Below are positions 1-10,596 of a DNA stretch of 64,000 bases, piece after piece. Source of the stretch: Phoronis australis (lineage: Eukaryota; Animalia; Phoronida). Positions within the stretch are counted from its first letter, which is position 1; every line of letters starts with the position of its first letter. Where the stretch lies: positions 655,112 through 719,111 of the forward strand of contig NMRA01000111.1 of assembly GCA_002633005.1 (NCBI GenBank), written 5' to 3'. The position numbers were made by a program, and so were the translations under genes. A model generated the notes under the pieces. The model saw only the letters and a list, made by a program, of their open reading frames with translations, searched no databases and was not told the DNA's origin.

Positions 1-605
1 AAGTCACAAAAAATATCTAATTCTGAATGAGTTCCATCATGTTTCAGAAGCCCTGTATTATACCTGAAGGGCGTGAGCCAAGCATCGTCGTAGGACACTC
101 CAAGTTCAGCTTCAGGGACCGGTAAATCATCCAAAAATTGCACTGAGATCCGAAACTATAGAATCTGCATTACTTGTGACTGTTGTGTTAGTTTTCCCGT
201 CAATGTCACCGTCACTTTTGAGTGCCAATTCCAGCTCGTTTTCACTATCTGAGCCCATGAACACTTCCTCAAGAACACTAGTCAGCAGTCACCTTACCAC
301 GTTGGCACCAGCCAAGATAAAACTTGCGTAAACTTTCAAATATCTCGGAAACAGATAATCACAGCCATATGTTGTAAATCAGAAAAGTGTACAGGAAACT
401 ATGAACTGTGGAATGCGCATGCTCACATATATAAACAGCATACGGGGCTTTCACAATTTCTGAATGAAAAACACCAGTGTCCTGGGGTGAGTACACTCTC
501 CTTGCGCAGCCTAGCCGTAGCTTATTTTAGGCGATTGAGTACACCCGACGCATTTTAATAGGATAATAGGCTTGTCGGCTGACCTCGCCTAGCGCAGGAT
601 AAGGG
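1..605 (-). mobile_element. 5' end of a degenerate piggyBac-like DNA transposon, running off the window
   Basis: The minus strand begins TTAA|CCCTTATCCTGCGCTAGGCGAG (TTAA at 606-609), a piggyBac-type terminus. Downstream, a frameshifted reading LLTSVLEEVFMGSDSENELE.../FLDDLPVPEAELGVSYDDAWLTPFRYNTGLLKHDGTHSELDIFCD resembles the acidic N-terminus of PGBD-type transposases. The other end is not in the window. Confidence 0.55.
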
Positions 606-1024
606 TTAATGTTGATACATTCTGACAAACGTTGCTACAAAAAAGGTACTTTGTTCAATTTTTGTGTTTTTTGTGCAAAATATAAGATAATTTGAATTAT
701 TTTACTGTTAATTTCCCATTCAGGTGATCTTACACTAAGCTAAAAAAATGGTTGAAATAATTTTGAAATGGTTTTTTGTTTGACTAGCAACTGCTGTTCA
801 AGGCTTGATTAGGTGTCACAAAATGATTCATATTTTTCTAAATTTTAAGTCTCAATTGCTTTCAAGTCATGTTTTGTAACTTATTGCTTCTTAATAAGGC
901 AGATGCGCTGAACTAATGCGCTAGATGGCGCTGACAAACTCGGTGTCACATTTTCCGTGACTTAGCGAGATTTCTTTACGACGTGTGTGAGGAGTAGGTA
1001 AAAAGAGTTGATTTCTGTTGCAAA

Positions 1025-3372
1025 ATGCCTGGAAGGTGCTGTGTGCCGCTTTGCAACAACGAAAACGGCGGCCACGAGTTTCCAAGGGATGAATCAGTAA
1101 AGAAGTTATGGGTTTTGGCGATCAAAAGAATGGACCCGAAGAAGAAATCCAGGCTCTGGTCTCCGGGGCCCCGAGATGTGGTTTGCCGAGACCACTTCAA
1201 GCCGGACGATTATCGCGAACAAGGGCTTATGGTATGTCGATCACCTTATGTTAAATGTTTGCAATAGTGTGACGTTCTGCCGGTCGTCAAACGTAACAGG
1301 CAGCATGCCTGAATACAACCAATGTGTTGTCTACAGTTGTAGCAACAGAAGTGGGCCAATAATCAATATGCACGCATTCCCTATGCCGGTGGCAAACTTG
1401 CCGAGCATGGAATCGTTTTGTAAGCTGTACGATTAAGGACTGGAGAGGCCACTCAAAATATTTATCACTCAAAATATTCAAAGATATGCAGCGTGCATTT
1501 TTCTGAAGACTTATGAGAATGACATCAGGGCTAAATTCTTCCCTGAGTTTAGACCAATGTAATTTTTTTCCTACGTTATCTTGATTGTAATAAACAGAAC
1601 GTCAGCTCTCTCTGATCCCAAAGGCTTGTTTACCCGAAGCTCTTGGCGAATCTCCTATAGCTGGTCTAAAAGCCGAGTAAATCCACCCAATTGTTTGACA
1701 CTTTTTTACTTTAATCTACCAGTAAATGTGTTGATTTGATGTATGAACTTTCGTTTGTGACGATATTTTTTTCAACATAGAAAAATTTTATTTAGGTTTC
1801 GAGGTTAGGTTGTGTACAAGTGTGTCACTGGTAAATCCAAAATGGTCGACGTCTATTCTCCAATGTCGATAATAAATACGTAATCTATGAAGTTTTGTGA
1901 TTATTTATTTTTTGCGTCTAGTACTGGCAAGTGTATGAAGTGGAAGATGACGTAAAGTAATTTGTTGGCATTAAAACGCGCATGTTTCTACGTACAGGTC
2001 ATTTCAATCTTAGGCCTACTCGCTGATGTCACAGTGGGCACTTGTCCGATATAGCAGTCACAGATCTAGTTTCATCCTCTCACGGCACGGGATTGGTGTT
2101 CTTCTTGATTCAGACATTGAACCTTTTGTAATTACACTAGATTTCTATATAGTGTTCGCATGAATCATGTGGGGCATGTTATTAAACACTTTTCCTATGA
2201 AAGTCACAGCAAATTTTTGTTCTGTTTAAGCACTTGGAAGCAGCAAAAGACTGAAACGGGGAGTTGTGCTTTCTGTTTTCCCATTCAAGCAAAACGTTTC
2301 GTCCAACAGAGAAGAGAGACTGCGGAAGAGAACTTCAGAACGAGCTGAGGAGATACAGGAAGATTTTGATCCATTGCTTGTTGGCGCCGATATTGAAATT
2401 GCTTCGGATGTAACACCATCATCGAATAATACTACCACATGTTCGGCAGAAGTACAGTGCAGTTTTCTGACAGATGGCACGAGAGTAGAAAATTATGCAG
2501 ACAACCCAAAGGCAATGAAGTACCTCACAGGATTTGAAAGTTTTGAACACTTTAATATGTTTTTTAACATGCTGGGTCCTGCAGTTAGTCAGCTTGATTA
2601 TTCATCAAAGTCTCTCGACCCTCGAAATGAACGGTTTCTCTGTCTGATAAAGCTTCGCCAAGCAAAAGATGACTATGGGTTGGCTCTCGATTTCAAGATT
2701 AGTCAAAAAACAGTTGGCAATGTGTTTAAAACATGGCTGAGATTTTTGTTTTATGAACTGAAGGACTTGGAGTTGTGGCCAAGCAGGGAGCTCATTAATC
2801 ACCATTTCCCTAAGCACTTCAAGAAGATGTTTCCATCCACTAGAGTCATTTTGGATGCGACTGAGGTACCCATTGAACGAAGTTCCAATTGCAATGTACA
2901 ACGAGCGACATGGTCCTCATACAAGAACACCAATACGCTCAAGACCATGATTGGTGTCACACCACGAGGTTGCGTTTCTTATGTAAGTGACTCGTATGGT
3001 GGTTCTATCAGTGATCGACAAATTATAGAGACAGGACCATTGATCACCACTCCAAATATGTTCGAGAAAGGCGACAGCATTCTTGCTGATCGTGGTATAA
3101 TGGTTCAGGATTGTTTTGCAAATAAAGATGTGAAAGTCAACACGCCAATGCCTCTTAAAGGCATTAATCAGTTTGAGGCAGCTACTGTTGTCCGTGACAG
3201 ACGGATTGCTTCAAAACGTATTCACGTGGAGCGTGTTATAGGCTATGCAAAAACCTATAAGATTTTGAAAAGGAAATTGCCTATTTCCTATATGCACCTT
3301 GGGTCCATGATTGTTTATGTTGTATTCATGCTTATCAATTATAGACCAAGTATTGTTAGCAGAAATGCATAA
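1025..3372 (+). CDS. ISL2EU transposase: THAP zinc finger + HTH + DDE_Tnp_4 (HARBI1-like) domain; exons about 1025-1231 and 2231-3372
   Basis: Exon 1 MPGRCCVPLC...HEFPRD...WVLAIKR...VVCRDHF is a C2CH THAP domain followed by a GTATGT donor. Exon 2 has KRLKRGVVLSVF (end of THAP), the HTH FKISQKTVGNVFKTW, and catalytic ILDATE, LADRG and RIHVERVIG. The obvious donor and acceptor differ in phase, so the junction is uncertain. Confidence 0.88.
1305..1558 (+). pseudogene. Second, frameshifted THAP-domain exon inside the transposase intron
   Basis: Across three frame changes it reads MPEYNQCVVYSCSNRSGPIINMHAFP/CRAWNRFVSCTIKDWRGHSKY/SKICSVHFSED/YENDIRAKFFPEFRP, giving C-x4-C, FP, W and C-x2-H-F. One shift is a 16-bp tandem duplication (CACTCAAAATATT at 1450 and 1466). 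A GTAATT donor follows at 1559. Confidence 0.75.
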
Positions 3373-3714
3373 ACTGAATAATTGCAGCTTTGTGTGCATG
3401 TCCTGCATTCCTTGACTTAGTTGAAAATTTTCAATACACGAGTACTTTGTAGTGATCAGTATCAGAGTGTTATGCAGTGAATAATTGTAACACTTCACTT
3501 CTTGTCTTTGAAAAGCATGTTCCTGTGTAAATATGATATGGAAGCTTGAATTCGAATAGAAAGTCCTGTACTTTTATTAACTAATATCTCATCGTACTTT
3601 TCAAAATGCACTTTGCAAGCATGTTTCCACAGAACAGTTCGACAAAACTAGACGACTGAGACAATATTTCAGCAATGTTTTGTGAACTCTGGTCAGTACA
3701 ACATAGTTACATGG

Positions 3715-6700
3715 TTACAACGTTGATGCAATGTAAGGCACATCTATCACTTTATAAAATGCTTTCAACTTAGGGATCAAACTGAGTTCGCAATATTCAC
3801 AATCATAAGGCACTTCAATAACTTTGAAGTCCTTAAATGTAAAAACAACAAAATGACAGAGACTCTTTTTGGTAATGTGTAGCTGTCCTTGAACCTGTGC
3901 AAAGTACTTGTGACTGCGTTTCAATGACATGCAACCATCTGTCTTCTGCAGGAACCTGAACTCTTTGCCTGGCTCAAGCATAAGTTCTCTGCCGCTGTAG
4001 GGGCACTTGACCTCAACCACGCTGTCTGAGGTTACACCATCAGGTGACGCTGCTAAGAAATTGCAGTTTGAATCGATCACCAATCCTGATGGTCTCACCT
4101 TCATCTTGAACAACTGTAAATATACGATGTATAAAAATGAATACTGTATTTAAGGGTGTTCGACACAGTTTGCCAAAAAGCTGCAAAGCAGTCGTTTTAA
4201 GACATCAACTAAGATATAACACCCTTTACATTTACTGTGATTGAGTCGAACTTATTTTCTGAAAACAGGAGACCCTCACACTTACCTTTTCAAATTTTTC
4301 GATGGCAATCTTTTCATACGTCAAACCATGTGATGTTGCCGCAGTGCTGATTGGGTTACATGTAACCAGAGATTTGCAGATGTTGCGGCGTGCCGTTAAG
4401 GAACATATTTCCCCGAACCTTGATGCAGTCAGGCGCCACTCTCGTTCATCAAACCAAAGCTGACAAGTAGACTGTTTCTTAGTCTTGGATTCTATAGAGG
4501 CTGCCTCATCCTTAGTCACCTGAAAGTAATAGAAACTTGTAGTAAGAAGGTAAATGCAGGTACACAAGTTAGCGTTCCTGGTAACGAATTTAAGTCCATG
4601 TCCTTTTTTAATGTACAGATGTTGTCTCTAACTGTGTTACTTGCAATTTCGGCAAAGGTTAATATGTACAAGTCGAAATGTCATCTGAATCGAAGTTAGC
4701 CACCCTTTGGTGGCACCGTGTTGAAATTTGCATGAGTTGATTATTCAAAATGCAAATTGTGCAAAGTACTGTGTTAAGAACTATTACCTTAACTGCATTA
4801 AAAACCACCTGTTCTGTCAATGGCCTCTTTAAATAGCGGTGGTCTATACTGGCTGCCTGAAGATTAGTGCCTTCTGTCAGGTACCTCGCTGCAATGTCGA
4901 TGTTGTTGTTTGAGCAGAAATTGACGAGGATGCTACGCATATTCTCAAAGCGCCCCTCCCTCTGCACAAGATGAGCAGGTCTAGGATCAGCCAGTTCGAG
5001 CTCGCGCCCTCGGAAAAGTTTTTGGGCCTTGACTGGAGATCCTGAAGAATAGTAAAATTATGTGGTCAGCCATAAGTTACACATAATATGAAAGTATTTT
5101 AAACGTTAAAATGTGATATAATACTGTTCAAATTCGCTAGAGCTGATACATTTTGGTCTCAAGAAAAAAACAGAACTTGACGTTCGGCTACGTACACGTC
5201 CACCAAATATTAAAAAAATTTCCCTTTCAAGTGCCCACGTTTTGTTGCATTAAGACCAGTCCATTGATTTTTAACTTGCCCCTTAATGCCCTAGGCTTTA
5301 ACCTGAATGGATACTGTACTATGGTTAAATATAAACGACTGCAAATCATTGACATTATTTACTATAAGATTTCATTAATTTTATGTTCAGTGCGCAACTG
5401 TTTGCGTAGTTTAATTAAAATGCAATTAAAGTAAATTTGGTTTTCACAAAAAACATAACAGCTGAGATACCTGCGAATTTTTTGCTTGGGCGATGAAAAG
5501 TCTGTAGTTTGTCTGTGCACGAAGAATTGAGGTTACCGATACTACCACTTTTTCGAATGTCTGCTATGCAGAACAGAAGGGCTGCTATGTGTTTGCAGGT
5601 TGCAAATGGGCCTTTTCCGGCTGGGCATTCGCAGTGACCATTGGTGACTTCCCCTCTGGAGCTGAGTTTGACTTTCAGAGAATAACCAACCTGAGAACAG
5701 ATATGACCATAGTTTTAAACAAAACATATCAGCAAATGAAATACACTAAATATTAGATTTCAAGGTATTCACAGTGGCATATCATGGGTGGTGCAGCACT
5801 GAAAAAGTGGGGGGGGGGTAAAGCCCCCACAGCCCCCCCTGTGGTACACCGCCCGTGCATATCTAGTTACGAGGCATCATTCAAATTTAAATAATAGCAT
5901 TATGTGAACTCCCTCCTTGTCTGGCTGTTACTGTGTACAAAGCAAGTAGACCTGGTATAACCATAACTCATAAGAAATAACCTTCTTGCGAAGTCTGAGT
6001 ACTGTAAGTACGGTATTTACAAAGCAAGCCCTCGGAAAGTTACAATCATTCAAGTAAGATGATACATACCATAACTGCTCAGGAGTAAATACACACCCTT
6101 GAATTTTAAGAAATTTCACCATCTTTTGTTGCTTTGGTTTGACTGTTTACTGCATCAATTTATTAATGAACTTTATGGATGTTAACTGAAATGGGTACAC
6201 TATTCATACAAGTTGAATCTGGAATTTAGATAAATAACTCACCCCTTTCATGGAAGCTCCACAAATACCAGACAGGAAGACACTGCCATCTGGACTTTCG
6301 ACAAAGCTACAGGCATCAAGACGATTGGAGTCTAATAACAGTTTCCCCTTTCTCACTGCCTGAGTATTTGCTGAGGCTTGCATGTCCATCATCATTTTTA
6401 GCGTTAAGTACCCATTGATGTGGTGCTCAGTGTCTGGTGGCACATGTACCAAGTTGTCGTTAGTCAGCTGCTTGAAGCCACACTTAAGCCACTCAGGCAC
6501 TGTGTTGATGTCAATAATATTGACAACTTGGTCTTGAAAATTGTTATTCCTGTCATATGCTTGCAGTCTACAAAAATCAAATAAAAAGCAATTTCTATTT
6601 TAATGTAATTTCAAAATACCTGTTTCAGTCAGAATTCATTTGGCAACATGAAAGACTGAACAAAAACCGAATGCTTTTCATATGTTGCTACGCCGAGGCA

Positions 6701-7131
6701 GAGCCTGAGCCTGTCTAAGGAGCCTGGTTGAACATGAAGTACTTCGCTCACTTATTGCACGCCATTCGCGGAATTGTGACACAACCCGGCAATTCAGAAA
6801 AAAAAATATCAAAAGGATAATATAAAATCAGAAGCAAAACCAAAAAAATCGTCTCAGGTACAAGCTGAAGCCGAATTCTCGGACACGGTATTAGCATGCA
6901 GACGAGGCTGAAAGAACACCATATTTAAATGGCACGACACAAAGGCGGGTGATTATTCTAGGCTTTTAGATATAAAATAAGGTTAGAAACTCTAAAAAAT
7001 TAATAAATTCAATATCAGAAACAATCATCTCACCTTTCTATCAATTCGATCTTTCTTCCTGAGGTCCTTGCTCCCCGTCTGGCCAATTCTTTTCGCAGCT
7101 CAACACACGTCAAGCCCCAGTAAGAATCCAT
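3715..7131 (-). CDS. ISL2EU ORF2: SAP + SWIM zinc finger + YqaJ (lambda-exonuclease-like) protein, 6 exons, 509 aa
   Basis: Exons 7131-7034, 6567-6243, 5690-5471, 5041-4788, 4519-4286 and 4113-3715, all GT-AG, phase-compatible and stop-free (1530 nt). SAP motif LTCVELRKELARRGARTSGRKIELIERL; SWIM CECPAGKGPFATCKH; YqaJ motifs WFDEREWRLTASRF, ASPDG...VEVKCP and YFAQVQGQL. Confidence 0.9.
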
Positions 7132-8382
7132 TGCCAAGCGTGTTTGACCTAATTTCGTACACCGGGTTTAGGAGCGCCCTCTACTAACATTGAATGACGG
7201 CGCATCTACCTTATTCAGGTTATCAAGTCAACAATATGAATAATCTTAATTTGAGAAATAAGTTATGTTGGATTGTGAAGCTTCAAGCCTCCAATTCTTG
7301 TTCCTTGCAACTTCATATTTTTTAATCATGCTTGTCAAATTCTGGTGTAAGGAAACACTATTCGGTCACCATGGTAATAGTTACATGTATGTCCACTTTC
7401 ATATCGTAAAAACTTTTACTGTTGAATAGTGTTTGTAATGCTAAATGTTGTAAAGTATTGTGCATTTTAAGTTACTTATTATGTTAAAAGGTTGAATCAT
7501 TTTGGCTTAATGAATAAAAAATGATAACATTTTGTATTGGACTTGTCATACTTATGTGCTCGAACGAGCCCCCTATTTGGAGAAATGGAAAAAGGTCTGC
7601 CTCACTCAGATAAGCACGAAAATTAGAATACGAGACGATATTCCACTAGAAGACAGGAAGTACCGAAATTTAGCGTCTGCAATTCATAGCTCTGAACATA
7701 CCCAGTGAATCTTATAGTAAAAGGTAAACATTCCCAAAAACTCCAGCCCCCCATTTTTTAAGCTTGGTGCGCTCATACAAAGTCTGGGAAAATCTCTGTT
7801 GAAAGCCAACAACTTTGCACAGTTCTCCAGAAGTACCCAAGTTCTAAATAAACCTCGTTTGAGCGAGCGCTGTGGCCAGCGACCAGGTAGGCCTAAGGGT
7901 AGCCTTGGCCCAAAGCTTTATGGGCCTACTAACAAGCTAACTGTATTTTGACGGTAGTCTTCATACTGGTAACTGGCACTGAGGCTAGCTAATGGCTGCC
8001 GCGGCAGTGTGACTTAGGATTAACCAGCCCATAATTTTATGCAAGTGTCTGAAACTACCTTTGAATATATACAGCATTTATGATTTGAACATTTTACTTC
8101 AGACAAAACAGCTTGCAACCACATGCATTTACCGTTCGCCAGTGTCTTATCTCGATCCGCACCGGATCCAATAGGCTGCGGTCCCGAGTCCGGCAAAAAT
8201 AATTTCTGTCAAAATTTATTCGCCACATTTCTTCAGCAAATTCCATAAAATTGTCCTTATTTTGATTTTATTAAAATTAAGGCGCGCTGTCCATTATTTT
8301 ATCCCCGTTTTCAGGCTGGTAACAGGCCCTCGTCCATTCACACTGACGGCGTTTTCTTAGCCTGGGTTCCCGAATGAATTGT

Positions 8383-8441
8383 ACTTCCGGGTTCGTGGCA
8401 AGTACAAAATGGCGGTGGTTCTTCGGGTGTGAATTGTGAGT
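8383..8441 (+). promoter_or_regulatory. Probable promoter and non-coding first exon of the TNIP-like gene
   Basis: CpG-richer patch with ETS motif ACTTCCGG (8383-8390), YY1 motif AAAATGGCGG (8406-8415) and a GTGAGT donor at 8436. The first coding exon (10577) starts at an acceptor, so an upstream exon is required. Confidence 0.55.
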
Positions 8442-8790
8442 GGCGCGTTTTTTCGAGTACGGATCGTGTACTAGTTATGGGGTTGATACTTCTTGGATCC
8501 TTATAACATCCTCTAACCATGTTGTTAGAGTTAACAGGGTGTGAGACCAGGACTTTAATGGTTAGGGATATGCCAGAATTTTCAGGACTGGTCCTTCTGA
8601 TCAGCTTTTACCAGTATGAAAGAGAACCCAGTGCCAGAGTTGGACACAGCTGTGATGATGGCATTGTCCAGTTGGAGCAAACCACAATTACCTAAATGTA
8701 ATTACATGTGGAGAATTTCTGGCTTACACTGGTTAGGGCTCCAATTCCCTAAGTCCTAGACAACTTTTGCAATTGGTATTCAGTGCGCCC

Positions 8791-10330
8791 TTTGTGTTGA
8801 TGTAGATCTGAGCTAATGAAGAGGAATGTAATAACAAGCACTACTTTCTTAACAATGGTGGTTGTTATACCCAAATAGGTTCTCTCTGGCATTTACACAG
8901 AGTTAAAGCCTAGTTGCAATGTGGAGAGTAGTTTTATAACCCTCTTAAATTTTAGATATCACAAAAAGACTAAAACGTTAATTTGCGTTGATCTTGACAA
9001 ACGACCATTTTCCAATGGAACGTTGGTTTTAAATATGTTTCACACCTGTTTTCATTACTTTTTATTCAAATCTCATGTCTTCTTTTTTCCATACCGGTTA
9101 GGGTTGCTATCTTTTTATTGTGTTTTTAAACGAAGTATCAAAACATTAACTTAGAATCAGTTAATTGTAAATCCATCCCTGATTTTTCCAGATTATAGCT
9201 ACACCAAACATGTCACAGCAAACAAAATTACACCTGTCATTACTTCAAGTTCAATGTTTATTAGAAATCAAATCATAAAAGTTATACAAAAGTGCAGATA
9301 TGGTGCTAGCCAAACTGAAGATTTGGAACCTCTGGACAATTTTGCTTGCAGTAACTACATAATTATTTTAGCTTTTCCTCAGTCATAAAAAATGAAATCA
9401 CAGCTCTTGCCCACCAACCAACCTCATCCACTGCTTGTACTCTCTCGTTGACTACAAAGCTATCCATCTTCTTGTCTTTACATGTGTTCCATTACAACTA
9501 CATTCGAATTTCCGCGAATAAAAGTGATCCGGTTAGTGCACTACTCCTTGAGTAAAGTAGTTCGGTATGCCCTGGACCATAAGCGATGTTTTAAAAGTTA
9601 TTGACATCTAATTTAGTAACTGTGTTGTTTATAGATGTTTCAATGTAGCTAAGATGTATATTAAAAGAACAATCCACGTGATATTGTTAACTCTGATCAG
9701 CATTTGAAAATCCACCGAGTATATCAATATGCACAGTCATTTATCTTCAATCGTACACAATGTTCGTAGTTTTTGGCTTAATAGTTCTTCGATTTTTAAA
9801 AATCGAAAACCAAACGTGGTTGTTTTTCCATCTGAATACCGCTGTGGTATTTGTTTTTAACGAAAATTGTTGGTTAATGCATTTTGAAAATTCGGCAGTA
9901 TATACAGGCAGAGATGTTTACTACAGTTTATGACCGGGTAATTACACTTAATGGGGTCTTGCTTGCACCGGACAATGCGGTCATCGCAACTGAGTCCGAC
10001 TATGTCGCCGCGCTCTCTTTGATCCTGGTAAAAGCCGCTGAGAAGGACGAGCGGTGAAAAGTCACACATATCTTTAGTAAAGCGTGACTTTCGTGTAAGC
10101 GCATTATTCACGGCATGTACCCGGCCATAAACTGTACGGAAGTTAACATCTCTGCCTGTACATACCCGTGAATTTTCTAAATGCTTAAATCAATAATTTT
10201 CATTAGCAATAAACATCACGGCAGCATTCAGCTGAAAAAGAATTTGAGTGTAATAAGAACCACCATTGTTGAAAAAGTAGTGCTAGCAATTATCTTTCAC
10301 TTCATTAGCTTAGATCTACATGAATACAAA
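8791..10330. mobile_element. Foldback/MITE-like element with long degenerate inverted arms
   Basis: 8791-8876 (TGTAGATCTGAGCTAATGAAG...AGCACTACTTTCTTAACAATGGTGGTT) is an inverted copy of 10241-10330. About 9826-9940 is an inverted copy of about 10118-10240. Confidence 0.55.
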
Positions 10331-10596
10331 TAGGTCCTGCTAAATACTGGCATGTACTGACAAACTTTGGGCATGGACTTTTTCATATTGTATAAGGGCA
10401 GTTTGTTTTATGTTTGTTCTACTTCTTTCTTAACTTTTCTCTATAATCATTAATGGTTGTACGGAACAAGTGTAATGTTATTAAATTGCACAGTGTATGT
10501 TAATAATCTTTTTTGTAACCGAACAACTTATTCCTGAGGTCAGTATGTGTTTTCATATTTAAACCAATTATTTCAGATTGAAGAAAAATTACCATC

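Larger units (their letters stand above)
896..7212 (+). mobile_element. Full-length ISL2EU-type DNA transposon (PIF/Harbinger-related, PHIS group)
   Basis: Left end AAGGCAGATGCGC (896-908); right end reverse complement AAGGTAGATGCGC (7200-7212), 12/13 match, with further subterminal matches (TAGATGGCGCT/TAGAGGGCGCT, CGGTGT). AT flanks both sides (894-895, 7213-7214). A THAP-DDE transposase and a YqaJ ORF in convergent orientation are the known ISL2EU organisation. Confidence 0.9.

Noticed and set aside
1590-1690. GC-richer patch in the transposase intron as a ribozyme or guide-like ncRNA
   Set aside because: Only short imperfect pairings, and no hammerhead (CTGATGA...GAAA) or HDV core could be built by eye. 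An Infernal/Rfam search would be needed.
5772-5857. CAGTGGC...G-run/C-run segment in an ORF2 intron as a nested MITE or G-quadruplex
   Set aside because: Ends are too degenerate and no TSD is identifiable.
3715-7131. YqaJ gene as a phage or bacterial horizontal transfer or contaminant
   Set aside because: It has five spliceosomal introns and lies within ISL2EU TIRs, where YqaJ is the expected second ORF.
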